Source: Eledone cirrhosa (Eukaryota). From it: a stretch of DNA of 64,000 nt. How positions within the stretch are numbered: position 1 is the stretch's first letter; each line of letters opens with the position of its first letter. The translations under genes were made by a program, and so were the position numbers. The DNA is taken from assembly GCA_964016885.1 (NCBI GenBank), contig OZ024749.1:558001-622000 (forward strand). The letters run 5' to 3'. Positions 10,601-25,200 of this stretch are shown here, piece by piece. The notes beneath the pieces were generated by a model, which was not told the origin of the DNA, did no database searches, and was given only the letters and a program-made list of their open reading frames with translations.

Positions 10601-13600
10601 CTGTTAAAAAGATAAATGAAACTTCATTAAGAAGGATTCAGTAGGCGAGTGGAATGTCACTCTTTAGCATTTAAACTGGCTTTATATGGCCAGAATCTTC
10701 TCACCTCTTTCTGTTTAAACTGGCCGCTCATACAGTCGTTAAAGTATTGTTTTCAAAATCTCATAGATTCGATATTATCTGAGATAAAGCCTTTACCGTG
10801 AAAATATAATAGTATATATATAGTAATGTAAATGTTATGTGAGATATTATGTGAGGTAAAGTCTTTACTGTGAAAATACAATAGTATATATAGAGTAATG
10901 TAAATGTTATGTGAGATATTATGTGACGTAAAGTCTTTACTGTGAAAATACAATAGTATATATAGAGTAATGTAAATGTTATGTGAGATATTATGTGAGG
11001 CAAAGTCTTTACTGTGAAAATACAATAGTATATATAGAGTAATGTAAATGGTATGTGAAGTAAAGTCTTTACTGTGAAAATACAATAGTATATATAGAGT
11101 AATGTAAATGGTATGTGAGCTAAAGTCTTTACTGTGAAAATACAATAGTATATATAAAGTAATGTAAATGGTATGTGAAGTAAAGTCTTTACTGTGAAAA
11201 TACAATAGTATATATAGAGTAATGTAAATGGTATGTGAGGTAAAGCCTTTACTGTGAAAATACAATAGTATATATAGAGTAATGTAAATGGTATGTGAGC
11301 TAAAGTCTTTACTGTGAAAATACAATAGTATATATAAAGTAATGTAAATGGTATGTGAAGTAAAGTCTTTACTGTGAAAATACAATAGTATATATAGAGT
11401 AATGTAAATGGTATGTGAGGTAAAGCCTTTACTGTGAAAATACAATAGTATATATAGAGTAATGTAAATGTTATGTGAGATATTATGTGAGGTAAAGCCT
11501 TTACTGTGAAAATACAATAGTATATATAGAGTAATGTAAATGTTATGTGAGGTAAAGTCTTTACTGTGAAAATACAATAGTATATATAGAGTAATGTAAA
11601 TGTTATGTGAGATATTATGTGAGGTAAAGTCTTTACTGTGAAAATACAATAGTATATATAGAGTAATGTAAATGGTATGTGAGGTAAAGTCTTTACTGTG
11701 AAAATACAATAGTATATATAGAGTAATGTAAATGGTATGTGAAGTAAAGCCTTTACTGTGAAAATACAATAGTATATATAGAGTAATGTAAATGGTATGT
11801 GAGGTAAAGTCTTTACTGTGAAAATACAATAGTATATATAGAGTAATGTAAATGGTATGCGAGGTAAAGTCTTTACTTTGAAAATACAATAGTATATATA
11901 GAGTAATGTAAATGGTATGTGAGGTAAAGTCTTTACTGTGAAAATACAATAGTATATATAGAGTAATGTAAATGGTATGTGAGGTAAAGACTTTACCATG
12001 AAAATACAATAGTATATATAGAGTAATGTAAATGTTATGTGAGGAAAAGTCTTTACTGTGAAAATACAATAGTATATATAGAGTAATGTAAATGGTATGT
12101 GAGGTAAAGACTTTACCATGAAAATACAATAGTATATATAGAGTAATGTAAATGGTATGTGAGGTAAAGTCTTTACCATGAAAATACAATAGTATATATA
12201 TAGAGTAATGTAAATGGTATGCGAGGTAAAGTCTTTACCATGAAAATACAATAGTATATATAGAGTACTGTAAATGTTATGTGAGGTAAAGTCTTTACTG
12301 TGAAAATACAATAGTATATATAGAGTAATGTAAATGGTATGTGAGGTAAAGTCTTTACTGTGAAAATACAATAGTATATATAGAGTAATGTAAATGGTAT
12401 GTGAGGTAAAGTCTTTAGCATGAAAATACAATAGTATATATAGAGTAATGTAAATGGTATGTCAGGTAAAGCCTTTACTCTGAAAATACAATAGTATATA
12501 TAGAGTAATGTAAATGGTATGTGAGGTAAAGTCTTTACTGTGAAAATACAATAGTATATATAGAGTAATGTAAATGGTATGTGAGGTAAAGTCTTTACCA
12601 TGAAAATACAATAGTATATATAGAGTAATGTAAATGGTATGTCAGGTAAAGCCTTTACTCTGAAAATACAATAGTATATATATAGAGTAATGTAAATGGT
12701 ATGCGAGGTAAAGTCTTTACCATGAAAATACAATAGTATATATATATAGAGTAATGTAAATGGTATGTGAGGTAAAGTCTTTACTGAGAAAATACAATAG
12801 TATATATAGAGTAATGTAAATGGTAAAGGGAGAGAAGAGGATGAATGTTGTGAAGAGAAATGAATGGATCATGAGAGATGAAAGGGACAAATGGGTTGAC
12901 TAAATAAAAGACCACAGGACATCTATAAATCTTCCTGCTTCAATAATAACACACACATTTCAAAACTTTATTCTATCCATGCACATAACAAAGATTTATT
13001 GATGGATTAACCATTTTGTCACCATATTTCTAAAGAAAGACACTAAAATCAGGAATTTATAGGGATTTAGCAATTAACTTTCTCATTAAGCTGGTATTTA
13101 GAACATAACGTGATATAACGGAGGTTCTTATCTAAAAACCTTCCATCATAATTTTGTGTAATTACAAACATTTTAAAATAAACAATTTTTTTATCTTAGT
13201 ATTGAAACGCATTTACATCACTCTATATATACTATTGTATTTTCATGGTAAAGACTTTATCTCACATAGTATTTACATTACTCTATATATACTATTGTAT
13301 TTTCATGGTAAAAACTTTATCTCACATAGTATTTACATTACTCTATATATACTATTGTATTTTCATGGTAAAGACTTTATCTCACATAGTATTTACATTA
13401 CTCTATATATACTATTGTATTTTCATGGTAAAGACTTTATCTCACATAGTATTTACATCACTCTATATATACTATTGTATTTTCATAGTAAAGACTTTAT
13501 CTCATATAGTATTTACATTACTCTATATTTACGATTGTATTTTCACGGTAAAGACTTTATCTCACATAATATCGAATCTATAAGATTTTGATGTTATTTA

Positions 13601-16242
13601 TTTTGAGAACAATACCTTAATGTCAGTATGAGCAGACAGTTACAGCCAGTTTAAACAGAAAGAGGTGAGAGAATTCTGGCAGGATACAGCCGGTTTAAAT
13701 GCTAAAGGGTTGAATATCTGGGAATATACATATATAAAGATATTAATGAATTCAAAACACTGACCTTTAATTTTTGATAACTTCTCCCATAGAAAGTTAT
13801 TTTTTGTATACAAACGATTTTTCAGTGAAACTAAATTCTCTTCATTAACTTTTAACTTATGGATTACTTCTAATGCCTGGTAAATAAAACAAAACAAGAT
13901 AGAACTTATAAACATTAAAAATATTGTTGTTACCTGGTTTAACACCACCACCATCTGTAACAGAACTCATGTTGTTAAGCTTTCAGTGTATTTTTTTTTT
14001 ACTTAAGAAATTTAGCCTGATACTTATCTTTTACCATTTCTTAGAGGGTTCTAAACCCCCCTATCAGGCTAAATTTCTTTAGTAAAAAAAATATGGCAAA
14101 AAGTTTCTTTTTCTAATTGCAAACTCACTTGCCATTTCAAAACACACACACACATATATATATGTATATCATAATCATCATCAACGTTTAACGTCCGTGT
14201 TCCATGCTTGCATGGGTTTGGACGGGGGTATTCCCACTTGAGGTAAGAGTGATTGTCTTGCTCGCATAGGACTGTCTGGCACGTTTTCTACAGCTGGATG
14301 CCTTTCCTAACACCAACCACATTTACAGTGTGGGTCTGGGAGGTTTTTACCGTGTTGCCTACACGGCCACATTACAGCGTGGACTGTGTGTTTTTTTGTC
14401 GTGACACCTACACGATCTCATTTGTTTCGGCCTGGATGGTGTGGCACCAACATAACTTTACATAGGAGGGGGTGGTGTGGATGGGGTGGTGGTGGTGGGA
14501 CGGGGGTGTATTTTGTTAGAGATGCCTACTGGCTGTAGTAGGTTTTACTATGTATTTAGGTAAGGCGGGTCTTCTCTATTACTGAGTACCGCCAAAGGTC
14601 TCGGTCCAGTGACATTGTCTTGGAGAGGTGTAAGTGTGTGATGTCGGAGTTTATCAGCTCGTCCCAGGTTTTTCTAGGTCTGCCTATTCCGTGACTACCG
14701 TCTATCTTTATTGCCCTGCACTTTGTTATACAGCTATCGACTTTCATGCGCATCACGTGTCCGTACCAACGTAGCCTTCTCTTGAGTAAACAACATCTGA
14801 TCCCTCTTATTTCTAATTTTTTCCTTAGTTCGTTTATGCTTTGCCGTTCACGTATATTACTGTTACACATCCAGCGGAGCATGCAAGCTTCGTTCCTCTC
14901 TAGTCTGCGTATATCCTCTGCACACAATGCCCACGTCTCACTGCCATGCAACATTGCTGTTCGTATGCAGGCATCATACAACCTGCCTTTCATTTTTAGG
15001 GAGAACCCTTTAGCGGCTAATAGTGGTATAAGCTCTTTGAACTTTTTCCATCCAGTTGTGACTCTAGCTACTGTACTTTCAGAGCACCCTCCCCCACTGC
15101 TGATTTTGTCACCCAGGTAACGGAAGCTGTCCACTATTTCTATAGAGCCCTCTACGCAGTTGTAAGAGCTAGTATTTTGTGGGCACTCGCTGCTACTTAT
15201 TGCACCAGAGCACCGCCCACATGTAAAATCTAAGTTCTTAGTTAGCTTACCTGTGATCCCACTACATCTTTTATGCACCCATACTTTACATTTGGGACAT
15301 AAAATGGAGTTTCTACCTACGCCTTTCCTACACACAGAGCATGGCCATTTCCCGGAAGGGACCGCCGCCTTATTTTCTTTCCTACAAACTAGAACTTTAG
15401 TCTTAGCCAGGTTAATTTTAAGGCCTTTTGATTCTAGGCTGTGCTTCCATGTTTGGCATTTCTTCTTTAGCTCGGCCATTGATTCAGCTATGAGTGTCAG
15501 GTCGTCTGCGTATAGGAGTTCCCATGGGCAGCCGGTCTTGAACTCCTCTGTTATAGCCTGAAGGGCAATAATAAATAGTAGGGGGCTGAGAACAGAGCCC
15601 TGATGGACGCCAACTTTTACGCTAAACTCTTCACTATATTCGTTGTTAATTCTAACCTTGCTGACTGTTTCTTTATACATGGCTTGTATAGCTCTCACAA
15701 GCCATTCGTCGACACCTAGTTTTCTAAGGGCCCACCAGATAATGGAACGGGGGACTCTGTCGAAGGCTTTCTCCAAGTCGACAAAAGCTAAGTAGAGGGG
15801 TTTACTTTTAGCTAGGTACTTCTCCTATAGTTGTCGTACAATGAAAAGAGCGTCTGTGGTACTTTTGCCTGACACAAACCCGAACTGCATTTCATCTAGG
15901 TCAATTCTCTCTCTGATTAGTTGCGCTATTACTTTTTCCGTGACCTTCATGACCTGGTCGATTAATTTAATGCCTCTATAGTTACTCCTATCTAGGGCAT
16001 CTCCTTTACCCTTATAACAGTTAACGATGATGCTGCTATGCCAGTCCTTCGGAACAACCCCATTCTGTACGACTTGGTTAACTATCCGGGTGACCATGGT
16101 ATGTCCCACCGTGCCAGATGCCTTCAGCATCTCAGCAACTATTTCCGAAGGCCCAGCCGCCTTACCCGTCTTCATATCCTTGATTGCCTTACTTATTATA
16201 CTACCCTCGACTAACACTGCTGGTCCCTCTATTGGGTCGATG

Positions 16243-16275
<33 letters not shown>

Positions 16276-19200
16276 GGGGTGCCACGGCAAAAAAAATCAC
16301 CCAGCCCACACTGTAAAGTGGACGTGGTGGTGCCACGAACAAAAAGCACCCAGCACTCACTGTAAATGAGGTTGGTGTTAGGAAAGGCATCCAGCTGTAG
16401 AAATCAAGCCAGAATCAGTTCCCGTATGAACAAGACATGGTCAGCTGACTGGACACTGCCCACAACAGGACAAACCTGTCTAACCCATGCTAGCGTGGAA
16501 AAACGGACGTGAAACGGTGATGATGATATATATATATATACACACACAAATACATACATAGTGAAGGTGCTCAAACTACATGTATATACATAGTTTGAGT
16601 GTTAGATTCAATTCTCGGACCAGACGATGTGTTTTACCCTTGAGCAAGACATTTTGTTTCATGTTGCTCCAGTTCATTCAGCTGTAGAAATGAGATGTGA
16701 TGTCACTGGTGCTAAGCTATATTGCGCAACATCGGTGGTGGAGAGGGGAGACTGGTATGCATATGCATGGGTGACGGCTGGTCTTCCACAAAAACAACTT
16801 GATGGGGCTTGTGCGCCAGAGAAAAATTTTCTAGGTACAAATCTCATGGTCATTTGTGACCGAAGAGGTTCTTATAAGGGACCCAACTAGGTCTGAAAAT
16901 TGATTAAAGATGTTTATTATTTTTTTTAATTTACAGGGAAATTCGTATTTTCTGGCATGTTTACATGCCTACATACTAAAATCAGTTGTGTATGAGCAAG
17001 ACAACTCGTCTAACCCATGCTAGTGTGGAAGAATGGACGTAAAAAGGTGATAATGATGCTGATGTATATTTATATATGTGCAGTTGTGGTTATTTACTCT
17101 GTATATTTGCAGATATGGTTGTACACTTTAGTTGCCAGCCAACTTCTTAATATATGAACAGCGTGTTGCCTCACTGAATATATTCCACTGAAACGGACAA
17201 GTTGAATATATACCATACCATTGGTAGACGGTATGGTGAGGCTACATGTTATACCATACTATTGGTAAATGGTATGGTGAGGCTACTGTTATACCATACC
17301 ATTGGTAGACGGTATGGTGAGGCTACGTGTTATAACATACCATTGGTAGACGGCATGGTGAGGCTATGTGTTATACCATACTATTGGTAAATGGTATGGT
17401 GAGGCTACGTGTTATACCATACCATTGGTAGACGGTATGGTGAGGCTACGTGTTATACCATACTATTGGTAGATGGTATGGTGAGGCTATGTGTTATACG
17501 ATACTATTGGTAGAAGGTATGGTGAGGCTACGTGTTATACCATACTATTGGTAGATGGTATGGTGAGGCTACGTGTTATAACATACCATTGGTAGACGGT
17601 ATGGTGAGGCTATGTGTTATAACATACCATTGGTAGACGGTATGGTGAGGCTACGTGTTATAACATACCATTGGTAAATGGTATGGTGAGGCTATGTGTT
17701 ATACCATACTATTGGAAGATGGTATGGTGAGGCTACGTGTTATACCATACCATTGGTAGACGGTATGGTGAGGCTACATATTATACCATACCATTGGTAG
17801 ACGGTATGGTGAGGCTACGTGTTGCATCGTTGAATTACTGAATATTTCCCACTATTAGGACCATACAACAGTCTTATATTGGCGCTGGAAATAGCAGCCA
17901 AAACCGTCTAAATCAGCTCAAACCATGATTGAGCAGTCAAAATTAATAACTCTATAAAGTTAACTGTTTCTAATATGTAAATATCTTAATGAAAGGATAA
18001 GATGTATTAATAAATTATCTACTCAGAGAAGTAATAAAATATATTAAATTTAAGCCAAAATTTCATTAGGGGAGTTAGAAAGAGAAATTGAAGTTAAATC
18101 GGTGAAAAAAAGCCTGTTTTAACTTATATAAATGTCTATATTAACTCAGTGATCACTGAAACGATCAAAACCCAATTATTCCAAGCTACTGAGATATATC
18201 TATATGTCTACACAATGCTAACTAAAGAACAATTTGAAATTTAGAGCAAGACATTTTTTTTTACATAAAAAATTATTTTATATTGAAAATTGTTTTAGAG
18301 TTATAAATTATTCTCAAAATGAAAAATTATTTCAATAAGTTAATAAAGTGTTGGATGAAGAGTGAAAAGACATGCAATGGATGGAATCCCATACTTACTG
18401 TATCTAAAATAACTTGCTTTGGAAGAATCTTCTGATTCTCTGGTTCCTCTTCATAAACTATCAACTGTAGTCTGGACATTTTACTTAGAATTTCATGACG
18501 TCGTTCACGTTCTCTGATCAAAATATAATAAAACAACTCTTTAACGGAAAAAAAGTGAAGATAATACGTCATTATGTGAAGCGATGAGAACAATTATACA
18601 CAAAGACAAAACCACGTTTATGGTATAATTCCAGAAATTGAAGATTTCTTTCTGTACAAACTAACATTCAAGAATCTCTCAAAGTTAGACGGTTATTAAA
18701 AAGAATTATGTACTATTCCGATGAGAAAATTTACTGTAATATCTCCGTAATAAAATATTTATATTTTGACAAGGACAGGGTATAATAACTTTGTGACAAC
18801 AGGTCTCAGTATCCTAAGACAATACTTTATAAAACTAAGCAATAACAACTATATCAACAACATTGACAAATACCAAATCTCTCGGTATAAACATGTAAAA
18901 TAACTGCTGAAACCTTGAAGAAATAAATTGAGAGAAAGTTTATTTCCTCACCACTCTACCAATTCCACGGACAAGATATTGAGGGCATTGCTGAGGGACA
19001 CAGCATGTAATACCCATCTCACGGAGCTCTTTCCTAGGACGAGATGCCCTCCCCCAGAGAGTATATAGAAGTAGAAATTAACATTTCTGTCTGGGATATA
19101 AATATTTGTTTACATTTTCACATACATCTGAACGATATTCTCAATGGACGCGCTTACAATATTTGAATATAACTGAACCGTCGTACCATTTAATTTACAC

Positions 19201-22200
19201 AAACTCACAGCCTTAAATTTTCAGCAGCAGCATCAGAATGAAATGGACATCAAGAGGAACAACAACTTCAACTGCCACCATCCACCACCACCTTCACCAC
19301 CACCATCACTGCCACCTTCACCACCACCATCCACCATCACCGCCAGCGATCAGGCCTCAAGAAAACAACAACTATACAGCGATTGTCCCAGTGCATTGCT
19401 GGTGCCTTATTTTGTCGGCTCCGTGCGGTTACAGGACAGGGTTGACCTCGGCGGGATTTGGGCCCGGAGTGTGGAGGGCCATAGCTCTATGCTGAACAGT
19501 AACACAGCTTCAATTATACGAACTCTTTCGTAAGTCAACTGTTGAACCCCCCCCCCCCCTGTTTTTTTCTTTTGTGCATTCATCCATTCACTCATTCATT
19601 TGCTAACATTCTACCTTCTCCATGTCCCTCTCCATGCACCCCCTTCTTTTCTCCCTTGTTTTCTGATGCCTCTATATCTGATGTAGGAGAGCTATGAGGC
19701 CCTCTTACCAGCACTTTCCCTTCCATCCACACACGCCAGCCACTCACCCCTGATGCCGCTTGGTGCCCCAGTCTCCGGCCCCACACGCCATCCCCCCAAG
19801 CCGACACCTGCAGCACCACTAACAGACGAAAGAGGGGCCGGAACTGTTCGGGGTGCGGCTGCTTCCACCACCTCACCTGTGTTGGCTTGACACGTCGAAC
19901 CTCCAGTGCCCTCGCAGCATGGAGATGCAGGAACTGCCTCTTCCCCTCGTCTGCCCAGCCATGGCCATCTGGCACACCACCAGATGAGACAGCGAGCTTG
20001 CTTGACGACCAAGTCTCGCTGGTCAACATCGCTCGGCTCAGGCGGCTCCAGAAGATCCCACTCAGGATCCCTAGAGCGGCCCGGGTGCTGGTAGCCAATG
20101 CCCTTGCCTCCTCGATTGAAAGTGCCCTGGACTCCAATCAAGCCATCGACTGGGAGCAACTTTTTTATTTTGCCCCACTCACCCTCGGCCTCCCCATCTC
20201 TGGCGTTGACCAGGGCGGCCAGTCGACAGCAACCTTCATCAAGGCCAATGTTCCGTCCTTTGGGCAAGCGCCAAATCAAAGCGTGCCTAGGGATGCCACA
20301 CACCCCACCCTCAGGTACTCCCAATCCTCCACCCCTGAGGCCAGCGCTAAGCATTTGTGCGACCGCATAAATGTTAAATTAATCATGAGTGATGTCTCGG
20401 CCGCAGTCAGAGTAGTTGCCTCAGAAGACACTGTCCTCGAGCCGGAGGAGGTCCTGCAACTTAAGCACCCTAAGCCACCCACTGATCTCAGACCCATACC
20501 CCCACTTGCTCCTTATGGTTCTTGATGCAGACACCATGTCCGCCATCAAGTCCTTCCCAGCTAGCAGCAGTGGTGGTGTTGATGGTCTCCGATCAGGCTA
20601 CCTCAAGGAGCTCCTATACCCCCTCTCTGTTGAGGCCAGGCGCCACCTTCTGAGTGCTATTGTGGCGCTCACCAATAGGCTCATCCATGGCACCCTGGAC
20701 CCTCACGCCCGAGGCCTCTTTTTTTCGGCTAGCCTCACTACTCTCAGGAAGAAAGAGGGTGGCATACGCCCCCATCGCCGTGGGCAATGTCTTCCGGTGG
20801 CTGGCTGCCAAGGTGGTCTGCAGGTCCATAGCACCTGAACTTGGTGAGGAATTCACTCCGGTGCAACTGGGTGTCGGCATGTCCGGTGGCTGTGAAGTGG
20901 CCGCACATGCAACCAGGCAGTTCTTCAACAGCTGCCCACTGGAACCAGCATCCAGGGACTCCAGGCACCTCATTGTCAAGCTTGACATGAGGAATGCCTT
21001 CAACTGCTTACGCCGGGACCATCTGCTCGAAGCCTGCCTCAACCGACCCCCTCTGCTTACCCGCTGGCCTACCTGTCGTATGTAGCCCCAAGCATGCTCC
21101 TTGCTGCTGATACGGTCATACCTTCGGTCACTGGGGTCCAACAGGGCAACCCTTTGGGACCCCTCCTGTTTGCCCTTGGTATAGACCACATCGCACGGAG
21201 TATCACGGCCCCTCTCAATGTTTGGTATCTGGATGATGCTATGCTGGGCACGCCCGTACAGACTGTCTGCCATGTCCAGGTGGTACCTGCCCTGGCAGGA
21301 ATCTGCCTCCAGGTCAACTCGGCTAAGTCGGAGGTGGTGAATGTCAGCCACGATGCTGAGAGCTTTGCAGCCTCCGTCTCGGACGTGCGGTCCATTCTCC
21401 ACCAGGTTCAGGTGACCCCCAAAGAGGATGCCCTCATCCTCGGGTCACCGAGCCACCCGCTCCACCATCAGGTCCAGGCTTCAAAAACTCCAGACTCTCA
21501 CGAGCCGACTGGGCTTGATCGACGGCCACCCAGCCCTCTTTCTGTTGAGGAACTGCTTCACCATGCCGAAGATCCTCTATACCCTTCGCAGTGCTCCGTG
21601 CTACACTCACACATCTCTCCTTGCTGACCTCAATACTTGTATCCGAGAAGCAGCCGAGGAGATATGTAACGTCAAGTTTGACGTCATTGGATGGCAACAG
21701 GCCACTTTACTTGTCCTCGTCAGCAGTGTTCCCCAAAACACAATAGAACCCTGTGTGTTCAGAGAACATGAGGCTGTGTGGAACTTAGCCCAGTAGACGT
21801 CCCTCCTCCTTCTCCTCCTGTTGACGTTAAGTCCCCCCGGTGCAGCCTGGCCTCAGACAGGCTCACGTGCCAGCTTGACCAGCACCGCCTTGCCCTGCCC
21901 TCCTTCTCCACTGGTATGCAGCTAGACAACAATAGCCTGCGCATTGGCTTTTCTTGAGGCTTGGCCTCCAGATCTGCAAGCCACATAAATGTCGCTGTGG
22001 TTCCACCGTGGACTCTTTCGGCCTCCGCCCGCTTTCCTGTCGCCACAGTGCCGGCTGCCCTCAACGAGGTCATAAAACATGGCTTGGACGCTGCAGGCTT
22101 CCCTTCCCAGCTCGAGCCGGTGGGGCTGGACCGAGGGGACGGCAGATGGCATGACCATCTTCCCATTTCGTGGTGGTAAACCTCTCGCCTGGGATGCCAC

Positions 22201-25200
22201 TTGCACCGACACTTTCTGCAGCCGCAACCTGGTGCAGTCTTCGACTAACCCAGGTTTTGCTGCACGTTGGGCTGAGGTTTTGCTGCACGTTGGGCTGAGG
22301 AGGCTAAACTTCTCAAATACTGGTCGCTCTTCAACAGGTTTGCGTTTGTACCCCTGGCAGTGGAGACTTCTGGTGTCCTCGGCCCTACTCACCACCATAG
22401 GCGCTGAGCTGGCCAGCCACAGAGGAAATATCAAAGTGGTGGGTGAGCTGGAGAAGAAATGTTCAGCCCAGGCAGGGATGGAAACGTGCACATATAATTT
22501 TTTCTGCTTTTGGCACAAGGCCAGCAATTATCCCAGTACATTATTGGTACTTTATTTTATCGACCCCATAAGGATAAAAGGCAAAGCTAACATTGGCGGG
22601 ATTTGAACTCACAACTAGTAAATATAGTGGTGTACTAGTAAATATAGTAGTGTACTAGTAAATACAATGGTGTATGTATACAAGTCCACAAATGTGTTTT
22701 TACTATATGTTTATGGTCAGGGTTGTAAACCTAACATAGTTGGTGTTTGGTGTATTACTGATAATTCAATACAAAGAAAATACTAAAGAAACCACCTTCA
22801 CACCTACCTAGACATGTGGAGTGTACGTTGCATATCATTTCTGAACCTTCTGCTGTTTCTCTTGTCTTTCATGGCCTGATGGAAAATAATAATATATCTA
22901 TCAAGGTAGAGGAGAAATTATCCAAACAAAGATCTGGAGATAGAAATTATCCGAATATGGATGATGAAAACAGGTATGTACAATCCCTATAAACACAGAC
23001 AGACATACCTAATCAAAACCCTAGAACATACAAATATAAACAGCATACAAAAAACAGCACTATAAGCACTGCACACATTTCATAAAGAACCCAGACTTAT
23101 ATATACAGAATATAGAAAATACCAGTGCAATGTACTGTATATATATTATGAAAAGTACACTCAATACAATAGAAATAACACCACCAAAAACACTGCACAT
23201 ATCCAAGGCGCACACAGCTGTGCTCAGTAATGCAGTGACAACACTTTAAAAATAAGACTAATAATAATAATTTAGGCACAAGGCCAGAAGTTGGATATGG
23301 TATCATAACCTGCAGGTGTAAAAGTCAGCTGGAATTTACAGATGACATGGTGTTACTTAACATGACAGGTGATCTCCGACTTAGACTTGATAGGTTTGAT
23401 GCCGAGTGCTGCATGGCTGGAATGAAAATCAGTGCTGCAAAGACTGGATCACTTGGAGAGGGCTGCATCTGACATGACCCACTGGAGTGTTTGAGGACTC
23501 TGCTCTACGACCCTCTCAGGTATAAGTAGGTAAAGAAGAAGAAGGCCAGAAAATTTTGAGGAAGAGCAAAGTCGATTATATCAACTACAAGACTTGATTA
23601 ATATTATATTTTATTAACCAAGAAGGATGAAAGACAAAAAGTTGACCTCAGTAGGTTTTCAACTCAGAACATTAAGAGCTGGAACAAATATTGCTATGAA
23701 TTTGTCTGATGCTCTACTGTTACTGCCAATCCACTGCCCTTTGCCAATAATTAATTCATTAGTGGACCAGAAGGGCAATAGGACAAAAAAACAAAATAAA
23801 ATAAAATAAATAAAAGTGGCGTTTATATGAAGAAAAGCCATCAACAGTCATTACAACAACAACAATAATAAATAGACGTCAACAAAGAAAAATTTCAAAA
23901 TAGGAGTGGAGGACCACCGAGAGTAAGCACTATTCATTTTTGTTGCATTGAATACATTAAAAGTGTATTTAGAGTAGAGCCATTGAATACATTAAAAGTG
24001 ACTTCTGTTATTTACAGTAGAGCCATTCAGTCAGCTTCCATGAAATGCATTAGAAGATAGCTTCTCTACACATTCCTCTTCAATCCATGGACAACCTGTT
24101 TGTGAAATGTGTAAATGGCTGCACATTCCAAAGACACGTACCATTAACGTAATTCTAGGGAAAGTTAGTGTGACACAGTGTGTGCGCAACAAGGCTAGCT
24201 CTTTAAACTAAAGCTACAGTCCAGCAAATGGGCTTCCAAACAGTTTCTATCTACTCAATTTCACTTACAATGGACGAGTCAACTCGAAACTATGGTAAAT
24301 GAAGCCCAAGAAGTTATGCAGTGGCACCTATTAATTGTGAAGCAAACTTCTTAATTTTGCTGTGATGGTTGAAAAAAGGTGATGAGATCTCGGTCAGGGA
24401 GGAAGATCCCTATTTTCAAACCTTTTAAGAGTGGCCACCATAGCTATGAAACAGAGGAAAACATGCCACTCTTCCCTGCTAAGGTAGTAGCCAGAGTCAC
24501 CCTACATATGGTATCACCTGTTCTACAGAAATTCCCTGCCAAACTATAGAGACTTACAATAGAGTTGTATGTGATGTGGTACCCTTCATCATCAGCAATT
24601 GTAAGGTCTTCATAACAATCAGCTTCCAAACATAGATCTCTTGACTCTGGAGTTGGAATATTTTCTGGGATATTCCAATATTTTGGATTGTCAGCCTGAA
24701 GACTAATCTATATAAAAAAAAAAGAAAATCTTTGTAAATTTTCAGGTCAAAGATATCGTCATCATGACAGTTTTATGTCGATTTTTCCATGCTAGCATGG
24801 GTTAGACAGGTTGTCCTGTTGTGGGTAATGCTAGGTCAGGTGACAATGTCTTGCTCATACAGGACTTATTTTGGCTAGGTTTCTACAGCAGGATGCCCTT
24901 CCTAACGTCAACATCATTTACAGTGAGTACAGGGTGCTTTATGTCGTGTCACCTACACGACCACTTTATAGTGGGAGGGTGGGTTGGGGCATACTGTATA
25001 TATGCTTCAGCTTGTGCTCATGGGAAGGCGGCTCTTCTGTATTACTGTGTAACACCAGAGATCATGGTCCTGTGTCATCATCTTTGAGAGAGGTGCAATT
25101 GAGAAAGGTCAGCTTTTATCATCTCATCCCAGGTCTTCTTGGGACTCCCCACTCCGCAGCTTCCATTGACATTTAGTGCTCTACTCCTTTTTATGCAGCT

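Noticed and set aside
10753-12733. Long repetitive ORFs (478, 556 and 186 aa)
   Set aside because: They are translations of a 60-bp satellite inside a MITE, with frame-shifting unit variants; not protein-coding.
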